A stretch of 64,000 nucleotides of DNA, from contig NC_043020.1 in assembly GCF_006345805.1 (NCBI RefSeq), forward strand, positions 30,566,001 through 30,630,000, in the 5' to 3' direction. Position numbers and translations under genes: made by a program. This document shows positions 25,055 to 36,875 of the stretch, one piece after another. Below the pieces are notes generated by a model. It was given only the letters and a program-made list of their open reading frames with translations, did no database searches and had not been told where the DNA came from. Numbering within the stretch: the stretch's first letter is position 1; each line of letters begins with the position of its first letter. This stretch comes from Octopus sinensis. Taxonomy: Eukaryota.

Positions 25055-25380
25055 AGTGGCTTCCCATCGGATACGACGAGGGTTCCCGTTGATCCAATCA
25101 ACGGAACAGCTTGCTCATGAAATTAACATGCAAGTGGCTGAGTACTCCCCAGACACATGTACCCTTAACATAGTCCTCAGGGAGATTCAGTGTGACACAG
25201 AATGAGACAAGGCTGCCCCTTTGAATTACAGGGGCCACTCAATTTTGCCAGCTGAGTAGACTGGAGCAATAACGTGAAATAAAGCGGCTTGCTCAAGGAC
25301 ACAATCTGCTGCTGGGAATTGAACTCGTGACCTTACAAACAAGAGCCGAATACCCTAACCACTGAGCCACATGGCTTCAG
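25055..25380 (-). mobile_element. SINE family A, full length, with 13-bp target-site duplication
   Basis: Reverse complement of 556-875. GGAATTTCATGAA occurs on both flanks (25042-25054 and 25381-25393). Confidence 0.85.
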
Positions 25381-26541
25381 GGAATTTCATGAAGCAACCA
25401 TGTTGATTCACATTAGAGACACCAGATCTGTGGATTAAACATTTCTTTTCATCACAGACTCATCCAGGCTCTCATCACAGACTCAATCACTTCAAAGACT
25501 CTCTCAGATCCTTGCTCAATGGCATCAGATCCCAGGTTTTATTTACAACATTGCTAGACACACAGACACACAAACCAAATAAAAAAAGGAATGCAGTTTA
25601 TCAGACAACAGGAAGCCCAAGCTGACAAAGGAGCATTTGACGTTCTAGAAATAGCAGCCAAGTCTCCCTCAAATACTCTTAAAAACAAAGAAAGATTTAT
25701 TGGATGATGTTGATTTCACTGAATTTGTTGGAGAAGAGAGAGACTGAATGGTCATGACTGGAATGGCTTTGATAACAGGAACCTTCTAGATCAAAGCTGA
25801 CTAAACCACAATGAGCTGATCCACAGCCACACACATCTCCCTGATCCAACTGATTCTACAATATAAGACCTGAATCCCTTTTTGTTAAAATCTCAACATC
25901 TGGAGAGGAATGAGAGTGGGGTTTCAAAAGAAGGCTGCAGTAGTGTTTAACCCAGGTCAACCCTATCTGAGTAGATCTATGATCAAAGGCGTTCCATCCA
26001 TGACCATGCTGTCTTTTTACATTGGGTTGTCAGATAAATTCGTTAGTTCTTTCGTTTCCCTTTCCATTTATTTTAAATCCTTTCCAATTTTATTTGAACA
26101 TTTTTATTGGAGTGTTTTAAGGCTGTTTTGTTTTTTGTTTCTTTGTATTTTGTTTTTCGTAACTCAATTCTTCCTTCACAACTTTTGTACATCATTGTTG
26201 AAGTCTGAATAATTTTTACCTTTTTTCAGACAAATGATGGTGGAATACCAAGTAGAAAAAAACAAAAACAAAAAAACGAATGAATGAATTTATTTGACAA
26301 CCCAAATATGCCAAACACTACAGAATCTAATATGCCATTCTTTTCATTTTTTTTCTTTGAAGAAGGCAGTGTGTGAGCATAAGATTTGACTGCTATTTCT
26401 AGTAAGTCAAATAGTGACCACATTGAGGCTCTCGTGCCAAACTCCCTTGATTGAAATGTTTTATAATTTGTTCTGTTAATGAGAGAGGAAAAGCAAATTA
26501 GCAGTCATCAAATTAATCGATATTGCAGAAGGAAGAGAGAG

Positions 26542-27013
26542 AATGTCATAGCAACAAGGATTCAGAAATAAACTTTATGATAACAACAACCGTGATGGAA
26601 GAGTAACCATGGCAACAGAGACTACAATGTAGCACTGTCATAAGTAGTAATAGTAACAGCAAATGAAGAAGTTGTCATAGAAACAGTGACAGTTTGTCAC
26701 CCTAGCAACAATGATGGTGAGGTAATCGTGACAACCTGTAGTCATGACAACAGCACTGATGGGATTGCTGTGACAACAGACAGAATGACAGCAAAAGTGA
26801 TAAGTCACCATTAATGATGTTAGTGTTGGCATTACAACAGAAGTGATGGCAGTTGTTATAGTAACAGAGGTAGTAACGTGGCCATGACAACAGAGAGAGA
26901 GATGATCATGATGATGGTGTTGTTGTTGTTATTGAAAAAGTGTTATTATACACAAGAGCAGAGATGATGGAATGGAGAGAGAGAGAGAGAGATGAAACTG
27001 TTGCTAGGGTTAC
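26542..27013. promoter_or_regulatory. Cluster of RFX X-box-like 14-mers
   Basis: About 10 matches or near-matches to GTHNYYATRRNAAC, e.g. GTAACCATGGCAAC 26603, GTTGTCATAGAAAC 26671, GTAGTCATGACAAC 26738, GTTGTTATAGTAAC 26852. Confidence 0.5.
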
Positions 27014-27233
27014 CGTATTTTCTGGCAAACAAGTCAGTGCCGTACATTTTGTGTAGGAATGAAGTGGAACCATTCAATCGTCTTCACAATCTTTCCAAAT
27101 CCTGCTGCAAAGATTTTACATGGAATTTTTGGTCCCCCAAAGTCATCTCAAATGTATAAATTGACGACCTGCCTTTTTCCTGGTTGTAAATTTTGGTCAG
27201 AAAACTCCGGCTTGTATGCCGGAAAATACAGCA
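27011..27233. mobile_element. Tc1/pogo-type MITE
   Basis: Terminal inverted repeats TACCGTATTTTCTGGCAAACAAG and CTTGTATGCCGGAAAATACAGCA (~23 bp, few mismatches). No coding capacity. Confidence 0.75.
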
Positions 27234-27358
27234 TCCATTGACAACGATATTGTCATAACAGCATCAATGAAAAAACAACTGAAGCAGAAATAAAAAAAAA
27301 AAAAAGAATTATGTGTAAGAGTTTTGAGAAACTCTCAGAATATTCTGGTGAGAATTCT

Positions 27359-27616
27359 TCAGTCAGGCAATTTGTTGTAAAGCAAGAAGTCTGTGAGATT
27401 GTGCCACTGGGTGCAGTCTTCATAAAGATAAGTCATTGAGGACTGCAGCGACGGCTGCAAGAAGTCACGCTCATATTCAAACAGCAACAAGGCAACGCCC
27501 CAAACAAGAGAGAAAAATAGGGGGAACGGTTTCTGAAAGGGCTGCGGGATGTATTGTTTCTTCACGGCAATCTGGGCGAGAGCATAGGTGATTCTTGACA
27601 GCAAGTATAGATTTAT
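27359..27616 (-). CDS. PXMP4: PXMP4 terminal coding exon 4
   Basis: Polypyrimidine tract (ctct)n-ccAG; exon reads INLYLLSRITYALAQIAVKKQYIPQPFQKPFPLFFSLVWGVALLLFEYERDFLQPSLQSSMTYLYEDCTQWHNLTDFLLYNKLPD*. LQPSLQSSMTYLYED is the diagnostic PXMP4 C-terminal motif. Spliced CDS 615 nt = 204 aa + stop. Confidence 0.97.
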   Translation of the reverse strand: MNLYLLSRITYALAQIAVKKQYIPQPFQKPFPLFFSLVWGVALLLFEYERDFLQPSLQSSMTYLYEDCTQWHNLTDFLLYNKLPD

Positions 27617-27828
27617 CTGGAAGAGAGAGAGAGAGAGAAAACTTGAAAGGTGAGAGACAGACAGGCAATATTTTATTAAAGGTGAACAAGTGATTAAATT
27701 CTCAAAATCATTGTCATCCTCATCATCATCATAATCACAATCATCACCACCATCATTTGTGCTTTGTACATATCTGAGTGTGTGTGTGTGTTGTTATGAG
27801 TGTGTGCATGTGGCTGTCTGTATTTTGA

Positions 27829-27869
<41 letters not shown>

Positions 27870-28049
27870 TGTGTTGTGTGTGTATGATTTCTGATGCAGT
27901 TGTTATTTACTGTTGTTTAGCCTCAGATCAGCTTTGTGATAAAAAATGACCTACAATCAAAAGTAGTTCCATCCATGGCCATCTCAGCTTTTATTCAGAC
28001 ATAGTGTATCTAGAACCACATTATCCATCCATCTTCTCTGCCCACAATT

Positions 28050-28290
28050 CTTGGAAGTGTTGTTGGGGGTAGAGCCATCCTTAAGCAGCTTCTCCATTGG
28101 CCCCTATCACAAGCATCCATCATTACCCTTTCCTGCAGGATCCCCAAGCATGACCAACTGAGTCTATGGATGTCATCCAGCCATCTTGTGCTTGCTTTAC
28201 CCCCAGGTGTCCTGTTGGTTGGATCAGCTTGAAGAAGCCATCCTGCAACATTCTAACCAAATCACTCAGGTACCAGAGCTGTAACTTGTT
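28050..28290 (-). mobile_element. RTE-like 3' fragment (same family as 39480-39760)
   Basis: Shares CATCCATAGACTCAGTTGGT..TGCTTGGG.ATCC with 39616-39650. Confidence 0.6.
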
Positions 28291-28320
28291 AATGTGGAAA
28301 AGTAACAGCTGGTCCTAGAG

Positions 28321-28570
28321 CGGTGTTTCTCAACCCCTTTTTTACCTATGGATCCCTTTGGTTCCTATTTCACTCAGGTGGACCCTCACAACCATTCCAT
28401 GTTTTAAAAAAAAATCCTATTATATTTGATTAGGAATTGTATAAAAGATTGTCAAAATATTCTGTGTCTTGTGGAATTATAAACAATTTATTGCAGGTAA
28501 ATTTTAACAACAAAATCTTATATGGACCCCCACCTGCAAGGGTCACAGGGACACCGGTTGAGAACCACTG
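28321..28570. mobile_element. hAT (Charlie-like) MITE in PXMP4 intron 3
   Basis: TIRs CGGTGTTTCTCAACC and GGTTGAGAACCACTG. Flanks TCCTAGAG and GTCTAGAA resemble the 8-bp NTCTAGAN target of Charlie elements. Confidence 0.8.
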
Positions 28571-28791
28571 GTCTAGAAAGACTCCCCGTTCTCAGAGCTG
28601 TGCATTCATCCTATCAAGTAGCGTTATTCCAGAGATTCTTCAGAGGAACCCCTATTTTCGCTCCTGGTATCCGCACTCGTACTCTTTTGGCAATTACCCA
28701 ACATTCATGTCTCAACCACTCTACAGAGTGTACTCGGTGCTTTTCACAGGCCACCAACGAAATATACAAAAAGTACAGAGAACCACCTTAC

Positions 28792-28990
28792 CTGTTCGTT
28801 GACCTTGTTGTACCTGCCAAACACACAATACCCTGCTATGACACTGGCGCAAAAAATATGCGAAGGTTTCTTTTTTTTGCCAAACCATTCAAAGATTTGC
28901 AGAATGACTTTGTGGATGACATTGAAGAGGGCTAAGCTCTTTGCATGGGTGTACGTTGCTTCCAGGATTCCACGGAACTTCTCAGTAAGT
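28792..28990 (-). CDS. PXMP4: PXMP4 coding exon 3
   Basis: Acceptor ttcttcttttgtacAG; 199-nt exon reading LTEKFRGILEATYTHAKSLALFNVIHKVILQIFEWFGKKKKPSHIFCASVIAGYCVFGRYNKVNEQ; donor GTAAGG. Aligns with the PXMP4 Tim17/22-like membrane region. Confidence 0.96.
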
Positions 28991-30611
28991 CTGTACAAAA
29001 GAAGAAACACACAAGTAACAAAAGGAGCAACATCATTTCAACGTCCCCTTTTCCATACTTGCAAAAAAAAAAGGAAGAGTTTCAGCATTCTTCACATTTA
29101 CCAAATTCACAATTCTAACTGAAAGCCAGTTTCTGAATCAACTGATGAAAACCTGAAATCCCCCAAATCAAACCAATCCCCCCACGCCAACCCTCAAAAC
29201 AACACCCACACAAATCAAGTTTCTGTCTGTCTGTCTGTCCCTGAGTGAAGATGCTGAAAAACAAGACGAATGAAAATAAAAAAACCAGACACTTCATCAA
29301 ATCTCAAACTGCCGCATGAGGGAGACATTATTGCACAGAACGGGGATGGCACTTGTCCTAGTTTTGCAACAACTTTTTAAAAAAAACAAAAACAGTGAAA
29401 TCAAAGCCTTTCCCAGAATGAAGCCCCAGATGTTGCTCATGTTTTGACAATGGCGTTTTATTTGGGGTTTTTTTCAAAATTTTTATTTTTGCTTCTATTT
29501 TTATTTTCTCTCCCCCCCCCCTTACCCAAAAATGAAAACTCAAACATTTCCAATGCTAAGAAACTAAATGACTATTTACATCTTTGCTCTGTTTGGAATG
29601 ACTAACATGAATCGGGATTTTGGAAGATTGGAGCAGAAAATTTCAACTTGGGTTTTTTTTGTGTTTTTCACATTTTTGAAGTGCGGTGGGGGGGGGGGTT
29701 AACATGTTACACTTTTGACAGTAAACTTTAACAAAAACATTGGAACAAAACAAAAGCAAAAAAGAAATAAAATTTTACATTGTCTTCTGTAACAATTGAG
29801 AAAAGTAGAGGCTGTCACAATTAACACTACAATAAAAGAACCGAAAATTCACAGAGAAACAGCAGGCAAACCTCCCTCAAATTACACTCACAGGGAAGTG
29901 CAAGTGTATATTGGATAATGTAGTCCTAGATACACAACTCCTAACATTTGAAGAGGGTCATCATGGCTGAGACACCTTGAATCATAGGAATATTTGATTG
30001 ACCACAGCTGCCCTGGGATTAAACAATAACAGCACCTTAATCATTAGTTATCAATCATCAGTCATCAATATTTGTATCCCAAGTCTTCCGTCCTTTTGGG
30101 GGGAGTCATTTAAATAAAAACTGGTTGAACACGGGAGGGGGGGGGCAAGGTATTTGATTTACCCCCAACTCCCTTGAACTTGCTGGCCTTGTGCCAATAT
30201 TTGAAATCAATATTTGTATCTAAAATTCTGTTTGTTTATTCTGGAGTTACAGAATGGCATGGTGGTGTGGTTAAGACATCCACTTTCTAACCATATGGTT
30301 CTGGGTTCAATCCCTCTGTATGGCACCTTGGGTAAGTATCTTTTTACTGAAGCCCTGGGCCAACCAATCTGAGTGAATTTGACAGATGAAAACTGAACTA
30401 AGTCATCATCATCTTATACATTATATTTCATTATATTTAACAGCGTAAGTGGTTTTATGCTAGAAAGTGTAGAAGTGTAGAAGTGGAAAATAAGAAATAG
30501 AAGAAAAGGAATTGAGCCCTTCATCATGGAAAACAGTTACTTAAAAATTGACTTTCTTCTTTCTGTGAGAAATTGCACTTTCAGTTTCATTATTTTCAAT
30601 ATATATATATA

Positions 30612-30910
30612 TGTCATCAACATCGTTTAATGTCTGTCTTCCATGCTAGCATGGGTGGGATGGTAAGACAGAAGCCAGCCAGGCCAAAGCCTGCACCAGA
30701 CTTCTGTGACTGTTTTGGCAGGATTTTTACAGCTGGATGCCCTTCCTAACACCAACCACACAGCAGAGCAGACTTGGTGCATTTTATGTGGCACAAGCAC
30801 AGGTGAGGTTAGTTTTGGCAAGGTTTTTACAGCTGGATGCCCTTCCGAATGCCAACCACTTTACACAGTGGACTGGGTGCTTTTTATGGGGTCACCAAGT
30901 ACTTGCAAGA
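30612..30910 (-). mobile_element. RTE-tail-related element, family D
   Basis: CATCAACATCGTTTAA...CCATGCTAGCATGGG...ACAGCTGGATGCCCTTCCTAAC, with a (GAT)n-type tail on the minus strand. Copies at 43765-44070, 44125-44185, 44505-44865 and 61095-61140. Confidence 0.7.
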
Positions 30911-32432
30911 CATAAAAAAAAAAATTTTAAGAGGAGAGGAGGCACTGGAAGAGGTGATGATGAAAAGGTCATAGTGAGACAGATACAGGTGCCTTGCTGT
31001 AGAGGAAGTACAAGGTTACCTGGCCAGAGAGAGAGAAAGATCAGGAATGAAGACAGAAACAGGTGTGCTACTGCAAAGAAAATACACGGTTGCCCAACCT
31101 GAGGGAATTGCAGGAGAAAGAGAGAGAGAGAGAGACCGCAGGATAGAGATGGTGGCAAAAATGCTGGGTATACTCACAAGGAACAGGGATCAGAGTATAA
31201 ATGGGATGATGAGTAAAGGAAGAGAGAGATGTAGATGGTGGCAAGTGCCAGGGCATAGCCTTGAGGTTCAAATGCCAAAACTTAAGTGGCAGGATATTGC
31301 GAAGGGAGTGTGATTAAAGAGTGTGAGTAAGTGGTGAAAGACCTGGGTATATATAGAGTTAGAGGGGCTACTGGATAGCAATGATACAGAGGAACAGGGG
31401 TGTGGGGACACGATTGGGGGTGAGAGCTAGGCATAGTGTATGAAGGAGGAAATGCGAGAAAGAGAGAAGGGATGTAGATTGGTTTGTTGGGGTGGGGTGA
31501 GGGGAAAGTTTTCTTGTTAGATGTGAGTGGAACACCCAGGTCGGGGGGGGGGCCTGCAGATAGCAATAACAGAGTGAGATAGGGCATGTGGGTAGAATGC
31601 ACAGGTCATGGCTAAGTGGAGAACAATGATACAGTGGCACGGGGCTAAGAGGACAGGATTGGGGAGTGAGAGGTAATTATAGTACATGAAGCAGAAATGT
31701 GAGGGAGAGAAGAGATGTAGAGACATAGTTCGGTTTGTTGTGGTGGGGTGTGTGAGAAGTTTTCTTGTGGAGTGTGGGTGGGACATACACCACTTCTAGA
31801 ACTCAGTTTCGATGATGTGGGTGGGTCTTCTCAAGAACTTCACATCACCAGACATCTCAGTCCATTGTCATTTCCTCCTGACATCATATACATGTGTGTG
31901 TGTGGGTGTGTGGGTGTGGGTGTGTGGGTGTGGGTGTGTGTGTGTGGGTGTGTGTGTGTGGGTGTGTGTGTGTGGGTGGGTGTGTGTATCCTTTATCTTT
32001 TACTTACTTCATTCATTTTAAATTCATAAAAGGTGTTTTTTTTAAAATTTTTGATATATATATATTATATTTTGTGAAATTTGATTTAGTATTTCTAAAT
32101 TGAATTTTTCCCTGTAAGTTACTCACAAGACATTAGTTGGCCCTTGGCTAGAATAGAAGACACATTCTCAAGGTGCCACACAATGGGACGGAACCTAAAA
32201 CTACAATAACCTTCTTAACAAGACAGCTATGTCCACTTATAATCTGTGTACAAGTGAGGCTTCACCTGAAGGTTTGAATTAATACTTTAATCGAGGTTGT
32301 CTCAGGTATGTCAATATTGGAATGGTTAGTGAAGGTGGGCTAAGGTGAGTTTGTGTTAATGTTAATTACAAGCAATAACAGGTGGGTTAGTGCTGGTTAA
32401 GGTTCGAAAATATAGAATGAATCCAAACTTAC

Positions 32433-32495
32433 GTGCCAGACTTGAAGAGAAATGTCATTACCAGACTGTGAGGGAAGCGAACCTTGCAACCATAT
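32433..32495 (-). CDS. PXMP4: PXMP4 coding exon 2
   Basis: Acceptor tttctgtttcAG; 63-nt exon reading (V)YGCKVRFPHSLVMTFLFKSG(T); donor GTAAGT. Matches PXMP4 YGAKIRAPHALVMTFLF. Phases fit exons 1 and 3. Confidence 0.96.
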
Positions 32496-32671
32496 CTGAA
32501 ACAGAAATAATAATAATAATATTAATAACAACAACAACAACAACACGAATTGCTAACAAGGGGACAAGTCATGAAATTAGGTGGGGTAGGACTGGTCAGT
32601 CAACTAGAGTAACCGTTTGTGAGTGAATTTGGTAGAAGGAAATCATTCTGAAACCTGTGGGGTGGATACGT

Positions 32672-32745
<74 letters not shown>

Positions 32746-34089
32746 CTTTTTACATTTCTTTTATTTAATTATTTTTTCTCGTTTCAGCCACTGAATTGCT
32801 GCCTGGGGTATGAAGGGTGTGGTCGCACAAATGCACCCCAGTATTTATTAAGTGTAATACTTATTTTTTCGATTTCTTTTGGCGAACTGCGAAGTTATGT
32901 GGACGAAAACAATCAACACACCAAGCGATGGTGGGAGACAAACACACAACAAGTTTTTGAACGATATCCGTCGGTCAAGGAGAAACATTTTCCACAGTGG
33001 GAAGGCCTTGAAGCGTCGAACACCACAGAATTCTTCGAACATGATGCAAAGCAACAACATTATAGGGACCACTTCTTATGATGTCTGGTAACAGGATGTG
33101 ACAATGTTCATGCCTTTCCCATTCCCATTAACAACGTAAAACCTTGATTCTAGAAATGGCATGGGAAGAGTTACGTCCCTTAAAACTATTCGACTTGGTG
33201 CGTCCGTGAATAATTGGTTGTTAGACTAGAAATAGCAACCAAATCTCCTACAAATTGCACTTCATTCATTTAAAAAGGATGTGAGATCGCCAAGATTGGA
33301 ACACTTATGAACTAGGTCTGCTGGATTGCTGACAGCAGCACAGCATGCTTTCTAGGAACTTCAGAGACAACAAAATATGTCGACCAAAAAAAAAAGACTA
33401 ATTGCACAAAACGTTTGTTTGATAAAGATGCAACATTGTCTACTTTACATATAAATAGTCCGACTCTGCACTTTCCTAACTCATCGTTGTACTGAGCAAA
33501 TTTATGGTAGTGTAACTACAAAATTAATTCTGTGTGTGTGAAATATATATACGTACACAAACAGAGATAAGCAAAATGTTATCCAAGAGAAATAACTCAG
33601 CATGGCCAAAAGCATACATTTAAGTTGTAGATTCTTGGTTTATTAAAATTAACTCCACATCTTAAGTGGCTGTGTGGTAAGAAGCTTGCTTCCCAACCAC
33701 ATGGTTCCAGGTTCAGTCCCACTGTGTGATACCTTGGGCAAGTGTCTTTTGCTATAGCCTCGGGCCGATTTTAGGTAAAATTATACTAATGTGTCCTAAT
33801 TTAATTAAATTCTATGTCTTTGTGCAGCTGGAGATTGCTCTGCATTTTAAATTGATGTAATGATTCCATTGTTCAATTAAATGGAGTTGCATGAAATGAT
33901 CGTACTGCATTACCTCTGGATATCCTTGTTGCTTATTTTGATTTTAATCACCTTAGTTTGAAATTGTATGGATAATACCGCACTAAATTCTGGTGTCTCA
34001 ACATAAGTACCATATTCATCTGAATCTAAATTTTTACTATGTATGTATGTGTGTGTGTGTGTGTGTTTGTATGTATGTATGTGTGTATA

Positions 34090-35213
34090 TCAGGTTGGAA
34101 AAAAGTTATGTCCAGTTTAAAGTCTGTATTCATAAATAAAAAAACTTGTGTTTATAGAAATATTTAATCATTAATATAAAATCCATTCCTTCATAGAACC
34201 TCATTCTGTCTGTCAACAAGACCATCCAAATGATTCTGTGATCCCCTAAAACAAGTGATAATCAGAAGGTGCAAGGTCAGGAGAATATGGAAGATGAAGC
34301 AATTTCTGCCAACAGAGTTCTTTCTAAGAGATCTTTAGTCAATTGTGCAGTGTGTGGGTGGGCATTATTGCAATGCAGACTGACTCCCTTTCTGGTGACT
34401 AAGGATGGGTGACTTTTGTCCAAAGATGCTTTCAAATGACAAAGTTGATGGCAATAGAGATTGGCAGTGATTGCTTGGTTATTGCCTAACGATTCGTAAT
34501 GGATAATTCCTGGAATATCCCACCTTTCATTCAACATGATCTTCTTTGGATAAAGTCGTCCTCTTGCTTACTGAGGAGGTCTGCATCCTTGACTGATCCA
34601 TTGATAACAGCATTCCACTCCTCATCACCAATTACAAGCCCATCCAAAAATGGCATCTGACCGTTGTTATGTAAGCAATGACTCACAACAAGCAACACAG
34701 TGCTGCTGATTCCATGGAGAAAGGTCGTGTGGGACCCATTTTCCAACTACTGAAACCTTTCCAATTCTTTTCAGTTCACGTACGGTAGTCGTATGGCTTA
34801 CTTAAAATTTCCTAGCCCTGGTGGCAGGATTCTTGGGAGTCGAGAGCTTTTGGACGACCCTTCTTTGGCTCGTCATCTAAGCTGAAGTTTCCACTTCAAA
34901 AATGGAAAAACCACCTCCTAGCAACTCCTTTCTTTTGCTACATTATCTCCTCAAGACCTCTGAATGGATGTTGTTGTTGCTCTGACATTGACCCCTTTAT
35001 GAAACTTGTAGAGTAAAGCAAGTCTGATGCGTTCTTTGGTTGGAATGAACACTGGGGGTTAATATTGAAGGAGATTCTGAACAACATTCTTTTAATCTGA
35101 AAGAAGAAAATATAAATCACTCATTGTTTCATTCTATGATTGATAACAAAAGCAATGAATGTTGCCTATAAGTTCCTCTTGAAAATCCAACGAAACTTTC
35201 GTTCCAATCTGAT
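34090..35213 (-). mobile_element. Near-full-length decayed mariner transposon
   Basis: TIRs TCAGGTTGGAAAAAAG and CTTTCGTTCCAATCTGA. Minus frames give WDIPGIIHYESL...ITANLYCHQL...LHCNNAHPHTAQLTK and LVIGDE, typical of a mariner DD34D transposase with stops and frameshifts. Confidence 0.85.
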
Positions 35214-36724
35214 GTGTGTGTGTGTGTGTGTGTGTGTGTACAGAGAGGGGGAAATTAGAGAGAGAGAGAGATGTTGGCTGTGGGGTTAAGAAGACTGCTT
35301 TGCAGTTCAGTTTCCCTGTGTGACTTCTTGGGCATGTGTCTTATTACTATGGCCCCAGGATGACTGGAACTTTACATGCAAATTCAGATGGTAAATGTAA
35401 GAAGCATATTATTATCTGATTTTTACCATGAATTTTACATCTTATACATGCCTTACATTCAAGCAGGAATGGAGTAAATAGAAATTCCATTCCATGGATG
35501 ATACGGAGGCACAGTGGGATCAAGAGTGGCAGAGATGAAGGACCTGGCATAGCATAGGAATAGCCCCTTGTGGGCAATAAAGAAATAAGAAGCATAGGAA
35601 TAGCCCCTTGTGGGCAATAAAGAAATAAGAAGCATAAGAATAGCTAGCAGTAAGAATACCCGTAAAATGATGAGGAAAACTGACGAGAGAAACTAATGGG
35701 AAGAAATGCTGAAAAGGGATCTTAGGGATGTGGAACGTCAAGAAGGAAATGACAAAGAAACAATGCAAATGTTGTGATATACCTGTTTGTTTTACATGTG
35801 TCCAACCCCTGCATGCATCTCGCTATCTATCTGGTTGGGTGACTTGCCTAGCCCAATGCAGCTCTTCCATGCCAGATGTCCCAACCTTCCATTGCAATCT
35901 TCATATCTTTAACTTCGTCTCCCAAGTCCTCCCCAACTTGATCAACAGATGATCTTTCTCATCAACAGATATGTGTCGACCAGGAGGAATAAATTTCTCT
36001 GCTGACGAAGAGCAGAAGTCAAACATTTCAACTTCCAAATAAAGGGGATCTTTTTTTTCGTTTTCAATATCAGGAAAGGATATGGTGGTGTTTAGAGTGT
36101 TGCACTCACGATCGCAAGATCATGGTTTCGATTCCCAGACCAGGCAGTATATTGTGTTGGAGAGCAAAACACTTCATTTTAGTCCCGTCCACTCATCTGT
36201 GAATAATCAACCCTTTGATGGTTCCAGTCAAGGGTCACATTGTGATCTTGATCATTTATACACCGTGGAAACTGGGTAACTGATCCAATGAATTCAAGAA
36301 CTAGAGATGATGATGATGATGATGATGACTACAACAATGATGAAAAATGGTGGGAGGAAGGGGGAGAAATTCTTTTCAAGCTGGGAATGTTTGACTCTCT
36401 CCCCAAATATTTGCAACAAGAGTGAATTCCACTGAAGATACTCAAGGATCAGGTGATGGTCTGAAGGCAGGGGACAGAATAAATCTGCCATTGAAGAACT
36501 TGGAATGCAAAGAGCTGCCAGAATCAAAACACTTCATCCAATGCTGCTTTAACAAAAGCATCAATGGCTCCGACCTGGGCTCTCACTTTTTATTTTATTG
36601 ACCCCCAAAAATGCTGAAAGACAAAGTTAACTTCAGTGATGTTTGAGCTCAAAATGCAGCAAGGTAAAACAAACACCACACAAGGCATTTCGTTCCACAG
36701 CTTTGCTAATTCTCTCTCCTAAGG

Positions 36725-36875
36725 CAGGGCCGTTTTAACATACTTCTAGGCTCCTGGTAAAATCAATACACAGAGACCCTCTACATAGAAAACAACATGA
36801 ACAGATTAGCATTGGGCCCCTACACTCATGGACGGGGCCCCTGGGTTACTGTATGCCTGTCTTAAGACAGCATTG
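36725..36875. mobile_element. Small hAT-like MITE
   Basis: Degenerate TIRs CAGGGCCGTTTTAA and TTAAGACAGCATTG; internal GGGCCCC motifs. Confidence 0.45.
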
